From: a bacterium | GTDB taxonomy: Bacteria > Electryoneota > Electryoneia > Electryoneales > Electryoneaceae | Length of the DNA stretch: 64,000 bases | Reading direction: 5' to 3' | Assembly: GCA_963669175.1 (NCBI GenBank) | Contig: OY769902.1 | Location: 1,184,001-1,248,000 of the forward strand | Shown: one piece after another, positions 59,282-64,000 of the stretch | Layout of the letters: every line of letters begins with the position of its first letter | Numbering within the stretch: position 1 is the stretch's first letter | The notes under the pieces: generated by a model | What the model was told of the DNA's origin: nothing | Databases searched by the model: none | The model's input: only the letters and a program-made list of their open reading frames with translations | Translations under genes and position numbers: made by a program

Positions 59282-59519
59282 AATGGGACTGTTACCTTTT
59301 CATGCTCTCAAATGCTGGAATGTCAAACCAGTACAGATGAAAAGGTAACTGTACCAGATTTTTCGCCTGCAACAACAGGAGGCTTTCCTACTGGAAAATG
59401 TTGGGACAGCCACCTTTTCGCAATATTTTTTTTCGAAGACATAGTTATGTATATAAATAATAAATAGTTTGCAATGATCGGGCATTCGCACACGAAAAGA
59501 GTGGCAGTCCCCATTTCCC
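59282..59519 (+). repeat. Four-unit REP-like array (no MITE)
   Basis: AATGGGACTGTTACCTTTT, AAAAGGTAACTGTACC, GGGACAGCCACCTTTT, GTGGCAGTCCCCATTTCC. Confidence 0.8.
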
Positions 59520-59564
59520 ACCTGCTATTCCCCGTTTCATCACAATAGCGAAGCACCAGGACTT

Positions 59565-60401
59565 TCAATCTCTGTGTTCGTCAAACCACTGCTGCGGGGT
59601 TTTGGCCTTTTCCCAGAAGACATCGAACAGGATCACAAAAGCGTTGGCAAACGCCGGGTCCTGCACAGCGATCATGGAAAAGTCTGTACCGGATGCGCCG
59701 GGGATGGAGGGAAGGGCGATGAGGGTTTTGCTGCGGTCAAAAACAAACATCTTCAAAGGCAGCTCATCAATCAGGCGCGCTTCTTCGCCACGGCTGCCCA
59801 GTTCATGTAAATCCCGTTCCATAAAATCCCACCATTCGGGGTCTACCATATAAATCGAATGGTGATGCACCCCACGTTCAATCGAGGCCAGTTCGGCCGC
59901 ATTTTGTTTATCGGCTTCATCCGGGTCCACAGAAGCAAAGGGCGGACGCACGAAAGCATGGATTTCTGATTTGGTCTCAGAAACCATCGTGACATAACGA
60001 TGGCTGATCTGGGCTTTGTTTCGAATAACCTCGATGAAGTCGATTCCTTTGCGGTGATACTGGTAGTGCTCGGTCAACTGGTGCAACTGGTCAAAGACTT
60101 TACGCGCCAGGTCAGTACGTCCCTGGCGTTCCGCATCCCAGCGACGTTGTAGTTCCTCGTGAACTTCCTTTGGCGGTACCGCACGGTAATACCGTTTCCG
60201 GCCTTCAATGCGTTCAAAGCAGTAGCCGGCGCTGGTCAAGCGTTCCAGGGTCTCATACACCTTGGTGCGTGGAACACCGGACATACGGTGCAGATCAGAA
60301 GGAGCTGCTTCGTCCACCTGAAGCAATGAATAATAGAGTTTTGCTTCACGTTCGTTCAGGCCAAGCGAGACCAATTGACGGGTTAACGTCGCAGAATCCA
60401 T
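59565..60401 (-). CDS. TrmB family transcriptional regulator
   Basis: LGLNEREAKLY..LL...SGVPRTKVYETL..L wHTH; C-terminal PLKMFVFD. Confidence 0.92.
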   Translation of the reverse strand: MDSATLTRQLVSLGLNEREAKLYYSLLQVDEAAPSDLHRMSGVPRTKVYETLERLTSAGYCFERIEGRKRYYRAVPPKEVHEELQRRWDAERQGRTDLARKVFDQLHQLTEHYQYHRKGIDFIEVIRNKAQISHRYVTMVSETKSEIHAFVRPPFASVDPDEADKQNAAELASIERGVHHHSIYMVDPEWWDFMERDLHELGSRGEEARLIDELPLKMFVFDRSKTLIALPSIPGASGTDFSMIAVQDPAFANAFVILFDVFWEKAKTPQQWFDEHRD

Positions 60402-60553
60402 GAGGGGGTTCCCAGTTTACGTTTTTTCCAGATGAAAACTCGTGCCAGCAAGCAAGTGACAATGTAGAATTACAAAATTAAATACACAAGATTCAATATT
60501 CCTGTGATAAAAGTCAGCCGGGGGAGTACTATAGTGAAAGGGAAAAAGCATAT

Positions 60554-60745
60554 GGAAAAAGGGGACAGTTTCCTTTCCCTGGAATCAAGTCGTTCCGCAG
60601 TGTTTATCGTTCGGGAAAGGTGACTGTACCCTTTTTCTTGCGAGCAGGCAGGAAGTACACGGAAAAGGAGACAGTTTCCTTTTCCAGGAATGCTTCACGA
60701 ATATTTTGCATAAGCGCGAGGAAAAGGATCCCGTCCCCTTTTCCC
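60554..60745 (+). repeat. Four-unit REP-like array
   Basis: GGAAAA(A)GG.GAC(A/T)GT..CCTTT(T)CC units, homologous to 54206-54398. Confidence 0.8.
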
Positions 60746-60767
60746 GGCAAGCTCAGTTATGACATAA

Positions 60768-61100
60768 GGTTCCACACAAGAATTTGTGCAACCGGGCAAT
60801 GTTGTGGCAGGTCTTGACGCGACGGTCCGTTTTCGGCTTTCGCGATGTTTTCCCGAATACACGATGATACTGAAACCACCTCTCGTCCTGTTATTGTCGC
60901 GTTGTGACCTGCCACCGGTATCAGCACTCTCGGTGTCGTCAGGTCACAACGTGATGCCTGATGATGATCTATCATGCGAAATGGCATGTGTGAAGTCAGA
61001 TAGATGTCTGAAATTGCGGAGAAGAACAAGAAAAAGGCATCACGTCAAGACCTGACGAAACGTGCTCGTCGATAATATGCACAAATTCTTGTGAGCAGCC
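60768..61100 (-). mobile_element. 333-bp MITE (family A) with 8-bp TSD
   Basis: TIRs GGTTCCACACAAGAATTTGTGCA / TGCACAAATTCTTGTGAGCAGCC; TGACATAA at 60760-67 and 61101-08. Confidence 0.92.
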
Positions 61101-61404
61101 TGACATAATAAAATCGAGAACAGCTTTAGCTGCAATAATCGATGAAAGTTTCCATGGGGAGATAGTTTTGTGAGAACAACTACTCGCCCTGGTGAAGTAT
61201 TGGAACCCATTAAAAACTGCAAAGACTCTCGAGAAATCTCAAAGTCAACTGTCATCATGTCTAAAAATGAACAACCATGTCCAGAAATGAAAAGTTACAT
61301 CAGAAGATATAGTGCTATTTGCGTGATTATAAACACCTTACATTATTACTCAATCTGGCGCGATCTTTGTTATATACAACTCTCAACTACGAATGGGGGA
61401 GATT

Positions 61405-63804
61405 ATGCTAAAGAACCAGATACTCATTGCATGGCGAAACCTGCTACGCGACAAAGGATATGCAGTGATCAACCTGGTTGGGCTTTCCATAGGATTGGCC
61501 TGCTGTCTGCTTATGCTGTTGTATGTTCTGGACGAGCTATCCTATGATCGTTGGCATGAGAATCCACAGGAATTATATCGTCTCTATTTTCACTATGTCA
61601 CTCCCGAAGAAGAGGGAGCTTGGGCATGTGTTCCGCCTGGTTTTGGCCCCAAGATAGATAATCATTTTACCGATATTACTGCGACAACCCGTATCATGCG
61701 TTCCTGGCGAACAAACACGGTACGTTACCAGGACAATGTCTTCCTTGAAGACAATATTGTATATGCCGATTCCAATGTGTTTTCCATTTTCGGGTATCAC
61801 CTGATCAATGGCGATGAGGCTACTGCACTGAACCGCCCCTTTACCGTCATGATAACCCGTTCCACTGCCGAGAAGTACTTTGGCAATGACGACCCGATCG
61901 GAAAATCGCTTAGCACCGGCACTGATCGGACGTATGAGGTGACTGCGGTTATCGAGGACATTCCACCGCAATCCCATATGCACGCTGACCTGTTTATTTC
62001 CATGGTCACCCTCCGTGAAATCATTGGGGCCGAGTTCCTGGAAAATGATAACCGTTCCAATTTCTATACCTATTTCCGGCTCCGAGACGGGACAGATGTT
62101 AAAGATATGGAGCAACGTATTTACACTTTCCTTGATGATTTGCACCCTGACGAGGAAGGGGATGAAGAACAGGAAGGTCTATACGAATTTCCCTTGCAAC
62201 CGGTTGTTGATATCCACCTTTATTCGACTCTTGAAAAGGAGTTTGAACCTAATGGCAAGGCGGAATATGTCTATGTCTTTTCGGCCGCGGCCCTGCTGGT
62301 TCTGCTGATTGCTACGTTGAACTATATCAACCTTTCAACGGCCCGTTCTTTGCGCCGTGCAAGGGAAATCGGTGTACGAAAGGTGCTGGGGGCAGGGAAG
62401 AGTCGGCTCATTGGACAATTCCTGATTGAATCGCTTCAGTACACGCTGACAGCCATGCTGTTTTCCATTCCGCTTATTCTGTTCGCATTACCCTGGTTTG
62501 ACCGCTTGGCTGGGAAGTCATTTGATGCTCACATCCTGCTGAGTCCACATATTCTCCTTTCGCTGCTGGGTATGACCCTGCTAGTTGGATTGCTCGCTGG
62601 CGTTTACCCTGCGTTGATTCTATCCTCGTTCAGTCCTTCAGAGGTGTTTGGTTCAGTGAGTCGTGGAAGGAAGAAATCACGATTCCGTCAAACCATGGTC
62701 GTGTTGCAGTTCACTCTTTCTGTGGCTTTGATCGCAGCTACCCTGATTGTGCATGAGCAGTTGAACTACATGCGCAGCAAGCCGCTTGGTTTCAACAAGG
62801 AGCAGTTGCTCCTGATTCCTCTTCAGCCTCAAGTCAATCGACAGCTTGAAGTGTTTAAATGCGAGCTTTGCGCTCTTGCAGGAGTAACCGATGCCGGCGC
62901 CAGCATTTCTGTTCCCGGGGTTCGTTTTGAATACTGGCCATTCAGCTTTGAATCACGTGGAGAAAACGTGGCTGTTTCGGGACGCTCGATAACCGTAGAT
63001 CACGACTTTCTACGTACCCTGGGCGTTCATTTTCTTGAGGGACGCGATTTTTCACGAGATTATCCAACTGACATGACATCCGCCATGATTGTCAATAAGG
63101 CGGCAGTAGAACAATATGGCTGGGAAAACCCGATCGGGATGACCATTTCACGCAATATTATCGATGCCGTGCAGGAAAACACGGTTATCGGGGTTATCGA
63201 TAATTTTCATTATGCAACTCTGCATACCTCCATTGAGCCCCTGTTTGTTCAAATCGTGGAGGGACGGTACCGTTTTGTTATCGCCCGCCTTACCGGGCAG
63301 GATATTCCGGGCACGATCGCGCAGATTCAAGATGTATGGGAGAAGTTTGCCCCTGAATCCCCCTTCGATTACAGTTTCGTTGACCAGGATTTTGATACAC
63401 TTTACAAGGGTGAAGAACGTCTGGCACAGGTATTTGGCACTTTCAGCGGGATCGGTATCCTGCTGGCTTACCTGGGTGTTGTTGGCTTGGTGGCCTATTC
63501 ATCCCAGCAACGGTTCAAGGAATTTGCCATCCGGAAGGTACTTGGTGCGGAAGTGACGAACCTGGTGTACCTGATATCACGTGAAACGGTTATTCTTGTC
63601 CTGATTGCGAATGTTATAGCTATCGGGCCGGTTGTCTACTCCATGCAACACTGGCTGAACGGGTTCGCGTATCGTACCGGACTGGCAGCAGGACCGTTCC
63701 TTCTGTCCGGTAGCCTTGCGCTCCTGATCGCATTGATTACGGTGAGCCTGATGGCGCTACGGACGGCAGATCTGAACCCGGTTGAGGCGCTGAGGAATGA
63801 ATAG
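61405..63804 (+). CDS. ABC transporter permease, MacB/FtsX family (duplicated)
   Basis: NYINLSTARS.RRAREIGVRKVLGA and NPVEALRNE motifs. Confidence 0.95.
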   Translation: MLKNQILIAWRNLLRDKGYAVINLVGLSIGLACCLLMLLYVLDELSYDRWHENPQELYRLYFHYVTPEEEGAWACVPPGFGPKIDNHFTDITATTRIMRSWRTNTVRYQDNVFLEDNIVYADSNVFSIFGYHLINGDEATALNRPFTVMITRSTAEKYFGNDDPIGKSLSTGTDRTYEVTAVIEDIPPQSHMHADLFISMVTLREIIGAEFLENDNRSNFYTYFRLRDGTDVKDMEQRIYTFLDDLHPDEEGDEEQEGLYEFPLQPVVDIHLYSTLEKEFEPNGKAEYVYVFSAAALLVLLIATLNYINLSTARSLRRAREIGVRKVLGAGKSRLIGQFLIESLQYTLTAMLFSIPLILFALPWFDRLAGKSFDAHILLSPHILLSLLGMTLLVGLLAGVYPALILSSFSPSEVFGSVSRGRKKSRFRQTMVVLQFTLSVALIAATLIVHEQLNYMRSKPLGFNKEQLLLIPLQPQVNRQLEVFKCELCALAGVTDAGASISVPGVRFEYWPFSFESRGENVAVSGRSITVDHDFLRTLGVHFLEGRDFSRDYPTDMTSAMIVNKAAVEQYGWENPIGMTISRNIIDAVQENTVIGVIDNFHYATLHTSIEPLFVQIVEGRYRFVIARLTGQDIPGTIAQIQDVWEKFAPESPFDYSFVDQDFDTLYKGEERLAQVFGTFSGIGILLAYLGVVGLVAYSSQQRFKEFAIRKVLGAEVTNLVYLISRETVILVLIANVIAIGPVVYSMQHWLNGFAYRTGLAAGPFLLSGSLALLIALITVSLMALRTADLNPVEALRNE

Positions 63805-64000
63805 ATAATTGATGTTTTCCTTATTTCAGTTAGTGTAATGCTTTGTCCTGAAATTAGTATAAACCCTGTTTGACGAGCAAACAGGGGCAGTCAAACAGAG
63901 GTATTCATCCAGGGCAGTCAGTCAGAGGTAGTCAGTCAGTAAAAGTCCACCGAAGGTGGACAACTTGAATAGCGCGGTGCGTAAGCGCTGTCTCTTACCC

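Noticed and set aside
59055-59568. Short ORFs between the SLC13 and TrmB genes
   Set aside because: They overlap the REP-like array and show no recognisable motifs
54206-60745. CRISPR array interpretation of the spaced palindromic units
   Set aside because: Units are degenerate, spacers are conserved between arrays, and no cas genes are present

Overview
Bacterial chromosomal window with mostly housekeeping and envelope genes: EamA, queA, glycerophosphodiesterase, tamB-tamA-like pair, PAP2, cyclase, CBS plus SLC13, TrmB, MacB-type permease. It carries eight secreted proteins ending in a PNPFN...L(L/M)K C-terminal sorting domain (T9SS type A / FlgD-Ig-like), six of them in a tandem array; this suggests an FCB-group-like organism (inference). 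The main discovery is a 1799-bp element present twice (11509-13307 and 20369-22167, 3 substitutions seen). It encodes only two paralogous DUF1670-like HTH proteins, has 22-bp subterminal inverted repeats, and lacks any recognisable DDE, HUH, serine or IS110 transposase. Both copies sit inside the last lysine codon of a sorting-domain gene, with a 2-bp AA core at each junction, and rebuild Lys+stop so the host protein is intact. Both proteins carry an H..G..I..H-x7-Y motif reminiscent of the tyrosine recombinase C-terminal box. The window also contains a 333-bp MITE with perfect 8-bp target duplications nested in REP-like arrays, a second ~242-bp inverted-repeat element, a pentaheme cytochrome with a sorting domain, and a candidate structured ncRNA. 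All family assignments are from motif recognition, not database searches.
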